NCBI GenBank assembly: GCA_002373975.1
Contig: DFKZ01000123.1
Span: 25,967-89,966 of the forward strand
From: Lachnospiraceae bacterium UBA3632
GTDB lineage: Bacteria; Bacillota; Clostridia; Lachnospirales; Lachnospiraceae
Length of the DNA: 64,000 bases
Direction: 5' to 3'
The position numbers were made by a program, and so were the translations under genes. Position 1 is the first letter of the stretch. Every line of letters begins with the position of its first letter. This document shows positions 48,704 to 58,328 of the stretch, in pieces. The notes below the pieces were generated by a model. That model had not been told where the DNA came from, searched no databases, and saw only the letters and a list, made by a program, of their open reading frames with translations.

Positions 48704-50017
48704 TCACCTTTCACACTTCCAAAAATGGACGCTGTAAGGCTCCAAAAGGCTTCCGCCGCCAAAGTCATGCTCCTTGCCGGTAATAAGATCCACGGCTTTT
48801 CCGCATCCCGCATCAAAATGAGCGGTAAAAGCCTCTCCATCCATATTGATGGCCACAAGCACTCTCTCTCCGTCGCAGGAGCGCCGGAATATACATTGCT
48901 TGTTGGTGAGAAGCACCTGCCCGAAATCTCCGTAATTGAGTGCTTTGGAATTCTTCTTGGCTTCCGCGAGTTTCGAGATGAATTCGCTTAATTCATTCCA
49001 CTCCGGCTTGTCAAAACATGCCCTAAGGGCGGGATCTCCCTCTTCCTTTCTCGCCTTAGCGCCCCACTCGCTTCCGTAATATACTATGGGTATTCCTGGC
49101 ATACCGAAGCACATCCCGTATATAAGAGGCAAATGTGCTTCATTCTGAAGTATGGAAGCAACTCTTGTCACATCGTGATTGTCACAGAAGCTTAACAGAT
49201 GTGAGCCTCTGGCCACGGTCCAATCCTCAGGTCCGAATAATCTGGCAAGAGAATGTATGATCTCAAACATATTATAGCTGTTAAAAGCGGAATACAGCCC
49301 CTTATAGCACTGATAATTGGTCAGAGAGTGAAGATTCTTGGCCGCCAGCATACGTCCGTATTCCCCGTGCAGCACCTCACCCACCAAGAAGAAGTCCTCC
49401 TTTATGCCGTCGCAGTGTGCTCTTAATCTTCGGCAGAATTCGTCGCTGAGGCAGTATGCCACATCCAGTCTCAATCCGTCTATATCAAATTCGCTGATCC
49501 ATCCGCTCACGCAGTCCAGAAGGTATCTGACCACATCTTCATTACCGAGATTCAGCTTGACCAGGTCGTAATTTCCTTCCCATCCCTCATACCATAATCC
49601 GTCATTGTAATTGGAGTTACCGTCAAAGGCAATTCTTGAAAACCAGCTTACATATGGTGAGTTCTCCCGGTTTTTAAGCACATCCTGAAACGCCCAGAAA
49701 CCACGGCCTACATGGTTGAACACTCCATCAATAACAACCTTTATTCCATTTTTATGAAGTTCATCGCATACCTTCTTAAAGTCAGCATTTGTGCCGAGTC
49801 TGGTATCAATGACTTTATAATCACGGGTGTTATATCCATGGGTATCGGACTCAAAGACCGGAGAAAAATAGATTGCATTTGCCCCAAGTTTTTTGATATG
49901 AGGTATCCAGTCGATCACTTTCAGGATCCTGCTCTCGGGTACCCCGTCATTTTCGAAAGGCGCACCACAGAATCCCAGAGGATAAATCTGATAAAAAACA
50001 CTTTCATAAGCCCACAT
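48704..50017 (-). CDS. GH13 alpha-amylase/cyclomaltodextrinase-like, cytoplasmic
   Basis: DGVFNH, DGLRLDVA, GEVLHG and DNHD; AAGGAG RBS before the ATG at 50017. Confidence 0.92.
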   Translation of the reverse strand: MWAYESVFYQIYPLGFCGAPFENDGVPESRILKVIDWIPHIKKLGANAIYFSPVFESDTHGYNTRDYKVIDTRLGTNADFKKVCDELHKNGIKVVIDGVFNHVGRGFWAFQDVLKNRENSPYVSWFSRIAFDGNSNYNDGLWYEGWEGNYDLVKLNLGNEDVVRYLLDCVSGWISEFDIDGLRLDVAYCLSDEFCRRLRAHCDGIKEDFFLVGEVLHGEYGRMLAAKNLHSLTNYQCYKGLYSAFNSYNMFEIIHSLARLFGPEDWTVARGSHLLSFCDNHDVTRVASILQNEAHLPLIYGMCFGMPGIPIVYYGSEWGAKARKEEGDPALRACFDKPEWNELSEFISKLAEAKKNSKALNYGDFGQVLLTNKQCIFRRSCDGERVLVAINMDGEAFTAHFDAGCGKAVDLITGKEHDFGGGSLLEPYSVHFWKCER

Positions 50018-50213
50018 ATTTTTTTCATCTCTCCTTTCTGACTGTCTGATAACATAGTAGTCCAAATGATAGATTTATGTCAACTTTTTCTCCCTATTTA
50101 AACCCGCTCGGATCAGGCTTACATAATGATTCACCCATAACACCTGACTTGACACTTGCAAATTTTTCTGTTGCAAGACTGACACTGTTACTTTTGTCAT
50201 AATCATTTGTCGG

Positions 50214-50277
50214 TAATCCACAGCGAAGGGTATTGATTTCAGGGAATCTATCCACTTAATCCACAAAGTTATCCACA
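50214..50277 (+). promoter_or_regulatory. DnaA-box cluster
   Basis: TTATCCACA (50269-50277, perfect), TAATCCACA (50214-50222 and 50257-50265), CTATCCACT (50248-50256), all co-oriented. Confidence 0.7.
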
Positions 50278-50419
50278 ATTGTCATTTTTGTCATAAATTG
50301 CAGAAAATGCATGTCATATGCGGTTTTCGTGAAATTATGACGTCAAATATAAAGATTGATAGTTAACATAACTCGGCCATTTTATCTAAAAAAATAATAA
50401 ATAATTGCACCTGTTTCTT

Positions 50420-53161
50420 TTATTTTTGACATAATTTATGTGAACTGCTCTCCGAAGGCCCGGCAAAAGTTCCCTCTGATTCCCAGAATTTCTTTAGCTT
50501 GTCACCGGCATCTGCGGAGCTTATCCTTGTCAGCTTGTCCCATTCTCTGGGGTATAGATTTTTATAAGAGTTTTGAAGAAAACGGTCATCAAGGAGTGCT
50601 ATGATCCCCCTGTCGCTCTCTGTTCTGATGACTCTTCCCGCAGCCTGCAAAACCTTGTTCATTCCCGGATATCTGTATGCATAATCGAATCCGTCCTCCC
50701 CCGCAGCTTCAAAATGGTTTTTTAAAAGCTCTCTCTCAAAACAAACCTGCGGCAGTCCTGTCCCCACTATGACGGCTCCGACGAGTTTTTCTTCTTTAAG
50801 GTCTATACCTTCACTGAATATACCCCCGAGCACGCAAAAAGCAGTGATCCGCGACTCTTTCTCGAAAAGCTCGAGAAACATCTCCCTGTCGTCCTCAGAC
50901 ATGCTCTCCTTCTGCATTACAATATACTCTGCCTCCCGGGATGCCCCTATCTGCCGGTCCTCCGTCCCTTCAGGCATATTCTCGTCCAAAGCACCAAGCT
51001 CAAGGTACTTATCATATACACTGTGCATAAAGGAATGAGACGGGCAAAAGACTATATAATTGCCCGCATGAGTGCCAACGATGCTCTTTATATGCTCAGC
51101 TATCCGCATATACTCCTCATCTGACCTTCTGGTGTACCTGCTGGTTACATCGTCAGCAATAAATATCCCTCTTTTATCCGGGTCGAAAACAGATTTCGCA
51201 TACACCTCATAATCTTCCGGCGAGCCGCCCAAAAGCTTTTTGTAATATTGGATCGGCAAAAATGTGGCGGAAAACAGGATCGTACTTACTGCATTATCCA
51301 TGCACTGTCTAAGATTTTTGCTCGGATCAACGCAAAAAAGCTTGATCATAAAGCTCCCGTCGTCACAGAGACTTGCATATTTGACGTAGTTTTCATCGAG
51401 CTGCTCATATATTTCGAGGAAATGAGAGATATCAAAGTAAAAATCCAGCAGTTCACGGGCGGCTTCCGGAGCATTCTGCTCCCTTTCTTCCAGATAGTCA
51501 CTTATTGTAGAGTGCAATCTTGTAAGAGGTGTTACAAAACCATCTATGCTCTCCAACACCCGGCTTCCGTTACACCCTCTCTTCATCTCCAAAAGCTTCC
51601 TGTTACATTTATCCAATCCGGAGATTATCCTGTCGGCATACCCCCTTTTGACCAGAATACTCTTACCTCCGTGTCGTTTTCCCTTTCCGGAGGTGTAATA
51701 CAGAGAATCAAGCGTCGAATCTGGTGTAGAATCTGCTGTCATTTCGTCCGTCAACTCATTTGTCATCGCTTCAGAATCCGAATTATCCGACTCCATCGTC
51801 ATTATTTCTGAAATATCGGATTTTTCGGTGATACCCGGTGTTATTACATTAAATAACATCTGTCCCTCTATATCATTATGCCTACTGACATGTGTGGTTT
51901 CCGACACGATTGTCTCTTTTAAAGAATGCTTAAGTGACAGGAATGACTCCTTAAAAAGCACCGCACTAAACATTTCTCTTCCCCTTTCGAGAAGATTGTG
52001 TGCTTCATCTATAAGAAACAGGTATTCTCCGCCTGCGGAATCGCCGAAAAACCGCTCCAGCTTTACGTCCGGATCAAATACATAGTTATAATCACAGACA
52101 ATCGCGTCAGAAAACAGAGTTGCATCAAGCGTGAGCTCAAAAGGGCATACCTCATATCTTTTTGCATACTCCTCTATAACAGCCCTTGTGAGCACTTCCT
52201 CCCCCATAAGCATCTCGTAAAGGGCTTCGTTTACCCTGTCATAATGTCCCTTGGCGTATGGACATGCGTCGGGATTACACTCCGTTTTTTCCGCAAAGCA
52301 TATCTTCTCCTTAGCCGTGACAGTGACACTTCTGAATCTCAGGCCACCTTTTCTGAGGGTCTCAAAGGTCTCCTCTGCCACGGTTCTTGTGATGGTTTTT
52401 GCCGTCAGATAAAATATTCGCTCCGCTTTACCTGCCCCGACAGCTTTTACGGCCGGAAAAATCGTTGTAACCGTTTTTCCGACTCCGGTAGGCGCCTCCA
52501 GAAAGAGTTTTTTCTTTTCCGATATAGTCTGATACACCTGTGTGGCAAGTTCCTTTTGTCCTTTCCTGTAATCGAAGGGAAACTCCAGCTTTGATGCGCT
52601 CTCTTTCCTTTGCCTGTACTGTCTGCACTGCAAAACAGCCCACTTATCGTATTCTTTAAGCAGCCCTTTAAACCACTTCTCCAACTCCTTGAAGGTGTAG
52701 TCCTGATAGAAATACCTGATCTCTTCCGTCTCGAGATTACAGTATGTTATCCTGACCCTTACTTCCTCCAGACCCCTGTCGGCCCCGTACATGTAGGCAT
52801 AGCATTTAGCCTGAGCCATATGGACAGGAACGGGTTCCTTCATATGTTCAAGTTTCCTGTATGTTCCTTTTATCTCATCTATTGTCACGCCCTCCGCATT
52901 TTCGATGATCCCGTCAGCCCTTCCTTCAATGCAAATGGCGTACTCCTTCTTTTCATATGAAAAATACAGGGGAACTTCCGGAGCGTAATCCGGCCCCATT
53001 TTCCCCTGTATCTTGCGATGGATCCTGCTTCCTTCCTGCATAGCCGAAAGCGTACTGCCTCCGAAGCGGTTATCGATGTCCCCGCTTCTTAACAGAAATT
53101 CAACAAACGATCTTACCGATATATTGATCAGAAAAAGATCCTTTTTTTCGTTTTCTCCCAT
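50420..53161 (-). CDS. DinG/XPD-family Fe-S DNA helicase with N-terminal PD-(D/E)XK nuclease domain
   Basis: GRADG..DEIKG nuclease motif; APTGVGKT; Fe-S cysteines C..C..CPY..CPFE; DEAH; QAAGRVIR. Confidence 0.92.
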   Translation of the reverse strand: MGENEKKDLFLINISVRSFVEFLLRSGDIDNRFGGSTLSAMQEGSRIHRKIQGKMGPDYAPEVPLYFSYEKKEYAICIEGRADGIIENAEGVTIDEIKGTYRKLEHMKEPVPVHMAQAKCYAYMYGADRGLEEVRVRITYCNLETEEIRYFYQDYTFKELEKWFKGLLKEYDKWAVLQCRQYRQRKESASKLEFPFDYRKGQKELATQVYQTISEKKKLFLEAPTGVGKTVTTIFPAVKAVGAGKAERIFYLTAKTITRTVAEETFETLRKGGLRFRSVTVTAKEKICFAEKTECNPDACPYAKGHYDRVNEALYEMLMGEEVLTRAVIEEYAKRYEVCPFELTLDATLFSDAIVCDYNYVFDPDVKLERFFGDSAGGEYLFLIDEAHNLLERGREMFSAVLFKESFLSLKHSLKETIVSETTHVSRHNDIEGQMLFNVITPGITEKSDISEIMTMESDNSDSEAMTNELTDEMTADSTPDSTLDSLYYTSGKGKRHGGKSILVKRGYADRIISGLDKCNRKLLEMKRGCNGSRVLESIDGFVTPLTRLHSTISDYLEEREQNAPEAARELLDFYFDISHFLEIYEQLDENYVKYASLCDDGSFMIKLFCVDPSKNLRQCMDNAVSTILFSATFLPIQYYKKLLGGSPEDYEVYAKSVFDPDKRGIFIADDVTSRYTRRSDEEYMRIAEHIKSIVGTHAGNYIVFCPSHSFMHSVYDKYLELGALDENMPEGTEDRQIGASREAEYIVMQKESMSEDDREMFLELFEKESRITAFCVLGGIFSEGIDLKEEKLVGAVIVGTGLPQVCFERELLKNHFEAAGEDGFDYAYRYPGMNKVLQAAGRVIRTESDRGIIALLDDRFLQNSYKNLYPREWDKLTRISSADAGDKLKKFWESEGTFAGPSESSSHKLCQK

Positions 53162-53168
53162 AAAACCC

Positions 53169-54998
53169 TCATTTCCCTTTTATCCCTGGGTAAAAAGCTT
53201 CAAACATTTCGTTTTTGTATTCCGAAGTGTATTCTCCTGCCCAAAGCAGTTCCTTGATGGCGTCCAGCTTGCCGTTTCCGGTCATTTCCGCCTGTGCCAT
53301 GTACTCCGAATAACCTGCCGATATAACTATCAACGGTAATTCCCCGTTTCCGTCATTGGCCATTTTGATATACTCTCCTACATCTTTCCGCATCACATCT
53401 TCGCTGTAGGACTCCAGATCCGGCCACGAATTAAATGCCGGCGGCATCTGCAGATAGAAGGAAAGAGAAGGGATAAATCCGTATGTGATGATCTCGCTTT
53501 TCCCGTAGAGATCCTTCCCGGACACATATTCATACAATCCACCGATAGCTGCCGCTCTTTCTTCCGACATTCTGACACCTTTTAAGGTTGCCGGGGCATC
53601 TACCGTGTGATCGGTGTTTACAGCCGGCTGAGCATCAACAAATACATAATTAGCTCCAAATATTGCAAACCTAACAAAACATACCGCACAAAAAGCTGCT
53701 ATCACGCTGCCCGCCGCGGCCATCACAGGCTTCCCGAAAGCCTTAAAGCATGTACATATAAACCAAGGCATCGCAATAAACAGATTGTTGAAAGTAAGTA
53801 CTATTCCGTTATTGCTTCCGATAGGTGTAACAAGAATAAGCAATATCACGAGCCCGGCCAGCAGTTTATCCGCTTCGGAAAAATCCTTAAATCCGGAAAA
53901 AATGACATAAGCCGCAAGCAGCATCATAAGATAGGTAAGCACCGTACCCGGGATTTCCAGCGATGCTCCATCGGTGGCTCTTACAGAAAAGAAACCTGTC
54001 AGAAACAGAAAAGCTATTGAAAAAACTGCCGTCATAAGACAAAGCACCCACAAAATGCCTGCAGCTGGTTTCTTCCCTCTTTCTCCCGCTTTTCCCGCCA
54101 GGAATGCAAACAGTCCCGATACGGCAGCAAAAGCCAGAAGGGCCAGCACCCATTTGGTGTTTCTCAGATATCCAAAGATAACACTTGCAAGCATCTCCTT
54201 GGAGGAATAATGATATGAAAGCCTTGGAATATCAAAAAGTCTCTTAATCCCTGAGATGTATTCACCAATTCCGTATCTTATGCCGATGAATCCCAGAACA
54301 AGAGCTGTCGCGGCGATGTATCCGCCCAAAAATACAAGCGTCCTTACAGCTGCTTTTTTAAGCTCGGCAGATACAGCGGGCCTGATCTCTTTTCTTTTCC
54401 GCAGCACGCATACCACTCCGTATGCCCATATAGCAATAACAAAAACTATCTCAGGAAGATTTGAAAACCTCACGAAGACATTGAGCCCGATAAGCGCTCC
54501 CGGCACAGCCATAAAAAGCAGTCTGTCCTCACTCATTCCGATATACATAAAGATCAGCGCAATGTGCATAAAAAGATAAGTAAGGAAATTATAGATCAGA
54601 GAAGTAGGGCACCAGCAGAGACTGAGTGATACCATCTCTCCCAGAAAAACCGGAAGCGGATCCATCTCCAGCTTGCGTGTGCAGAAAAGGAAGGAAATGA
54701 TCGCTGTTCCGGCGGGGAGCAGCGCTGTATACACATTCATTCCTATAAGGGTCTTTCCAAAGGGAAGAATTGTAAAAAGATGCCCCAGGGCAGTTGACAG
54801 ATATGTAGAAAAAAGCCACATGGAATCCATAGATTCCGGTCCCATGTACTCAAAATTGGAATAATTATATCCCGTGTCCCAGAGATCAAGACCTATATTC
54901 ACATGTCTCAGGGGATACAGCGCCAGAACAGCTATAAAAAGCGCATTAATTATGTGCGTAAAATACCGCGAATTTTTCATTTCTGTAAACAATTTCAT
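53169..54998 (-). CDS. Polytopic membrane protein, GT-C-like (paralog 2); start may be 54980
   Basis: GLDLWDTGYN, WCPT..LYN, VRFSNLPE and PIGSNNG; many TM segments. Confidence 0.7.
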   Translation of the reverse strand: MKLFTEMKNSRYFTHIINALFIAVLALYPLRHVNIGLDLWDTGYNYSNFEYMGPESMDSMWLFSTYLSTALGHLFTILPFGKTLIGMNVYTALLPAGTAIISFLFCTRKLEMDPLPVFLGEMVSLSLCWCPTSLIYNFLTYLFMHIALIFMYIGMSEDRLLFMAVPGALIGLNVFVRFSNLPEIVFVIAIWAYGVVCVLRKRKEIRPAVSAELKKAAVRTLVFLGGYIAATALVLGFIGIRYGIGEYISGIKRLFDIPRLSYHYSSKEMLASVIFGYLRNTKWVLALLAFAAVSGLFAFLAGKAGERGKKPAAGILWVLCLMTAVFSIAFLFLTGFFSVRATDGASLEIPGTVLTYLMMLLAAYVIFSGFKDFSEADKLLAGLVILLILVTPIGSNNGIVLTFNNLFIAMPWFICTCFKAFGKPVMAAAGSVIAAFCAVCFVRFAIFGANYVFVDAQPAVNTDHTVDAPATLKGVRMSEERAAAIGGLYEYVSGKDLYGKSEIITYGFIPSLSFYLQMPPAFNSWPDLESYSEDVMRKDVGEYIKMANDGNGELPLIVISAGYSEYMAQAEMTGNGKLDAIKELLWAGEYTSEYKNEMFEAFYPGIKGK

Positions 54999-56922
54999 AA
55001 TCCCGCGCCTCGATAAGCTTCATGATAAGAAGCCATTTATCGTCCGTGATCTCTTTATAATCCTCTTCGTCATTCTCACCGTCTGCATACTTGGCGTATG
55101 ATACATCCGTGATGATAAGCGGAAGGTCTGCCTCGTCCCCCCTGTTTATTATTTCCTCAATTTTGCCCTTCATAACATCAAACCTGTATGAAGGAAGATC
55201 CACCCATGGATTGAAGGCAGAGGGCATCTGCAGGTAGAAGGAAAGTGAAGGAATATAACCATAGGTGAGAAGATCCAGATCTTTAAAACCATTGGCTTCG
55301 ACAAAATGGGTAAGGCCCAGCATCTGCACAGCCTTTTCCTCCGACATTCTTATACCCTCAAGAGTCTTTCCCGCAGTTATCTTAAAATGCGGATTCTCGG
55401 CATTTTTGGCCTCCGCGAAGGTAAATCCGTATCCAAAAAGCGTAAATACCACAAGGTTAAGAAGCAGTACCGCAATCGCAACCATCTTGATGGGAAAGAA
55501 AGAAAAATAGCTCTTGATCACGGTTAATATCCTGACTATCCTTCTCTTATCTTTATATTTTTCCGGAAGCCTCTTAAATGTATAGCCGGGTTTCTCGGAT
55601 TTTCTGAGCAGTTTATACACTCTGTGAGCAAACCAGGGCAAAGCGATAAAAAGATTATTGAACGCAGGGAACAGCCCATTATTGCTGCCTATGGGCGTAA
55701 CCATGATCACAATTATAACAATCCCCGCCATAAGCTTATTGTTGATATTCTCCCCGGGAAGAAAGATAACCACCGCTGCCCATATGACCATGACCGATAA
55801 AAGGAACACTGCCGGCCGGATAATAGCATTGTAGCTTGCATGATCACCGTCGCTGAAATTTGCGATAAGAAGCCAGTAAACACAACCTCCCGCAGCAATC
55901 GCCGCAGCGAAATAACCCAGCCCCGTAAAGCTGAATTTCTTACCGAATACTCCCCTTGGAACTATTGCTATATCAAGCCTGGCATCCATGAACTTTCCCA
56001 CTGCAACCGCAAGCACTCCGCATACGGCAAAAAAAGATACCCTGAGAAGCCAATAAGAATTGACGATATATGTACTTAATACCGACATTATCATAGACTT
56101 TGCCGAATAACCCGTAGCCACTTCCTGCATCCCGAAAAGCCGTCTGATCCCGCTCACGTACTCAAGAAAACCATAGCGCAGGCTGATAAATCCCAAAACC
56201 GCCGCCACCGCGGCAATATACCCCAGGATGCACCATATAGTCCTTATCCCCGAGCGCTTAAGTATGTCCGCGCGATCCCTTTTCCTGAGAGCATCCGACT
56301 TTTCTTCCCTGCTTTCGGATATAGCCTCAAGGATGCAATACCCCCATACTACAAAAATAAACAATACCTCTGGAAGATTTGAGAACCTGACAAAGACATT
56401 AAGACCCAGACAAGCCCCCGACGCAAAAAGAAACCTTCTCTTGCTCCTGCTCAGGCCGACATAGAGGCCTATCACCGCAAGCAGCATAAGAAAATAGGTC
56501 AGATAATTGTATAATAGAGCCGTCGGACACCAGCAAAGGCTGATTGCGGTGAATTCTGCAACAAATACAGCCGGTTTGGAATACTTCAGATGTCCGGTAC
56601 AGAAAACATAGGAAATCACGGCGATCAGACTCACCGTAAGAGAAGTATAAAAATTCAGACCAAGAAGCGTCTTTCCAAAGGGAAGAAGCGTGAGCAAATG
56701 CCCAACAGTGTTAGAAAGATACGTAGAAAAAAGCCACATCGAATCCATGGATTTAAGCCCCATATATTCGAAGTTGGCGTAATTGTAGCCTGTATCCCAG
56801 AGATCAAGACCTACATGTATATGCCTCAGCGGATAAAGAGCAAGGATCAGGATCGCCACCATCTCCAGTGCGCGCCTGATCTGCTTGCTTTTATTCACTT
56901 TTTTGACCGTTGTCCCAAACAT
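54946..56922 (-). CDS. Polytopic membrane protein, GT-C-like (paralog 1)
   Basis: Shares the same motifs with the downstream paralog. Confidence 0.7.
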   Translation of the reverse strand: MFGTTVKKVNKSKQIRRALEMVAILILALYPLRHIHVGLDLWDTGYNYANFEYMGLKSMDSMWLFSTYLSNTVGHLLTLLPFGKTLLGLNFYTSLTVSLIAVISYVFCTGHLKYSKPAVFVAEFTAISLCWCPTALLYNYLTYFLMLLAVIGLYVGLSRSKRRFLFASGACLGLNVFVRFSNLPEVLFIFVVWGYCILEAISESREEKSDALRKRDRADILKRSGIRTIWCILGYIAAVAAVLGFISLRYGFLEYVSGIRRLFGMQEVATGYSAKSMIMSVLSTYIVNSYWLLRVSFFAVCGVLAVAVGKFMDARLDIAIVPRGVFGKKFSFTGLGYFAAAIAAGGCVYWLLIANFSDGDHASYNAIIRPAVFLLSVMVIWAAVVIFLPGENINNKLMAGIVIIVIMVTPIGSNNGLFPAFNNLFIALPWFAHRVYKLLRKSEKPGYTFKRLPEKYKDKRRIVRILTVIKSYFSFFPIKMVAIAVLLLNLVVFTLFGYGFTFAEAKNAENPHFKITAGKTLEGIRMSEEKAVQMLGLTHFVEANGFKDLDLLTYGYIPSLSFYLQMPSAFNPWVDLPSYRFDVMKGKIEEIINRGDEADLPLIITDVSYAKYADGENDEEDYKEITDDKWLLIMKLIEARDYEIVYRNEKFAVFYAHN

Positions 56923-56938
56923 ATGTTTAGTATATCAT

Positions 56939-58279
56939 TTATTCTCTTTCGGTGCAATAGTACATCATCTGGTCAACAATCTCGGGGAAGACCCACTCAA
57001 GGCTTGTACGGTCGATCAGCCTGAAATTCTCGCCATCCGATTTATATGCATTATTATCCCAGTAGCAGCATGTCATCCCGTACTTTCTGGCAGTTGCAAC
57101 ATAATACGCCGTAAACTGCATTCTCGAATCAAGATTATCCTTGTCAAGAGCCCCAAATTCATCTATGAGCACAGGAATTCCTTTACATACATATTTCTCA
57201 TAAAGCCTTTTCATAAAGTAATCGATATCATCAGTGCCTTTTTTTGTAGCGATATCAAAGACCTTCGTTCCCTGCCTGTTGAGTGCAAAATCATAAGGAG
57301 TATATGCATGAGCATTCACTATTATCCGGTTCTCGGCGGTTGCTGCCGGATCGTCGGGAATGACAAAATAATCATTCAGCTCAAATTCAGGTGAAGCCGC
57401 ATAGCCGGGAACAAGAATGTATCTTGAAAGGTTGAAGCCCTGACCGTTTGCGCGGATCGTGTCCACACCCTTCTGATTCATTCTGTTAATGCAATCCAGC
57501 GCTTCCTGCGCCTGAGGCGAATCGATATCCTCTATCCACCACTCCATATCTGTTCCCTTTAGGCGGGGCTCGTTCATGATCTCAAAAATAAGATGCTCAT
57601 CATATTCCGCAAACCTGTCAGCAAGCTGTTCCCATATATGACCGATATACTCTTCGGACCTTTCGATACAGTCATACGAAGGATACATATAATTGACATC
57701 ATCATCGTGATGGATGTTGATTATTACATACATGCCCTCATCCAGAGCCCACGATACAACTTCCTCATATCTGTCAAGCCACTCTGTACTGATCCTGTCA
57801 TCGGCATCAACGTGATTATGCCATGAAGCAGGAATCCTGATCGTTTCAAAGCCGGCTTCTTTTAACGCATGGATCAGTTCTTTGGATGTCTTTGCTCCGC
57901 ACCATGCTGATTCGTAATCAAGTTCATTGGTCAGCCAGTTGCAGTCTGCGGCATCAAAGGCATTTCCCAGATTCCATCCCATTTTCATGTCCCGTATGAA
58001 GTTCAGTGCCTCATTATCCGGTATATCAAGCTTTACGCCCGTATCTACAAGAACGATCCCGTCAACCACATCGCCGGGTACGGGAATATAGGGCTCCTGC
58101 TCCGTAGTATCCTCCGTGTTCACTTCTTCGGTATTATCCTCTTTTGTCCCATTCTTGTCCGAAGTGTCGGTCACCTCTGTATTATCTGATGCAGGCCGGG
58201 TATCCCCCCCGTTCCCGGTGCATGCCGACAGCGAGATCATCAGTCCCGCCAGTATAATGCTTACGATCTTTTTTTTCAT
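56939..58279 (-). CDS. GH5 endoglucanase lipoprotein
   Basis: Lipobox LSAC; GWNLGN, IRIP, INIHHD, NEP, HAY, EFG and WDN. Confidence 0.93.
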   Translation of the reverse strand: MKKKIVSIILAGLMISLSACTGNGGDTRPASDNTEVTDTSDKNGTKEDNTEEVNTEDTTEQEPYIPVPGDVVDGIVLVDTGVKLDIPDNEALNFIRDMKMGWNLGNAFDAADCNWLTNELDYESAWCGAKTSKELIHALKEAGFETIRIPASWHNHVDADDRISTEWLDRYEEVVSWALDEGMYVIINIHHDDDVNYMYPSYDCIERSEEYIGHIWEQLADRFAEYDEHLIFEIMNEPRLKGTDMEWWIEDIDSPQAQEALDCINRMNQKGVDTIRANGQGFNLSRYILVPGYAASPEFELNDYFVIPDDPAATAENRIIVNAHAYTPYDFALNRQGTKVFDIATKKGTDDIDYFMKRLYEKYVCKGIPVLIDEFGALDKDNLDSRMQFTAYYVATARKYGMTCCYWDNNAYKSDGENFRLIDRTSLEWVFPEIVDQMMYYCTERE

Positions 58280-58328
58280 GATCATGATCCTCTTATCCAA
58301 GTCTGTATTATAAATCTGTTTCCGGCCT

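Noticed and set aside
50075-50278. 67-aa ORF MWITLWIKWID...
   Set aside because: The Trp-Ile repeats are simply DnaA boxes (TGTGGATAA) read on the minus strand, and there is no RBS.
50190-50345. Possible CRISPR array or oriC
   Set aside because: The repeats are 9-11 bp with no spacer periodicity and no cas genes. There is no dnaA/dnaN and no strand switch.
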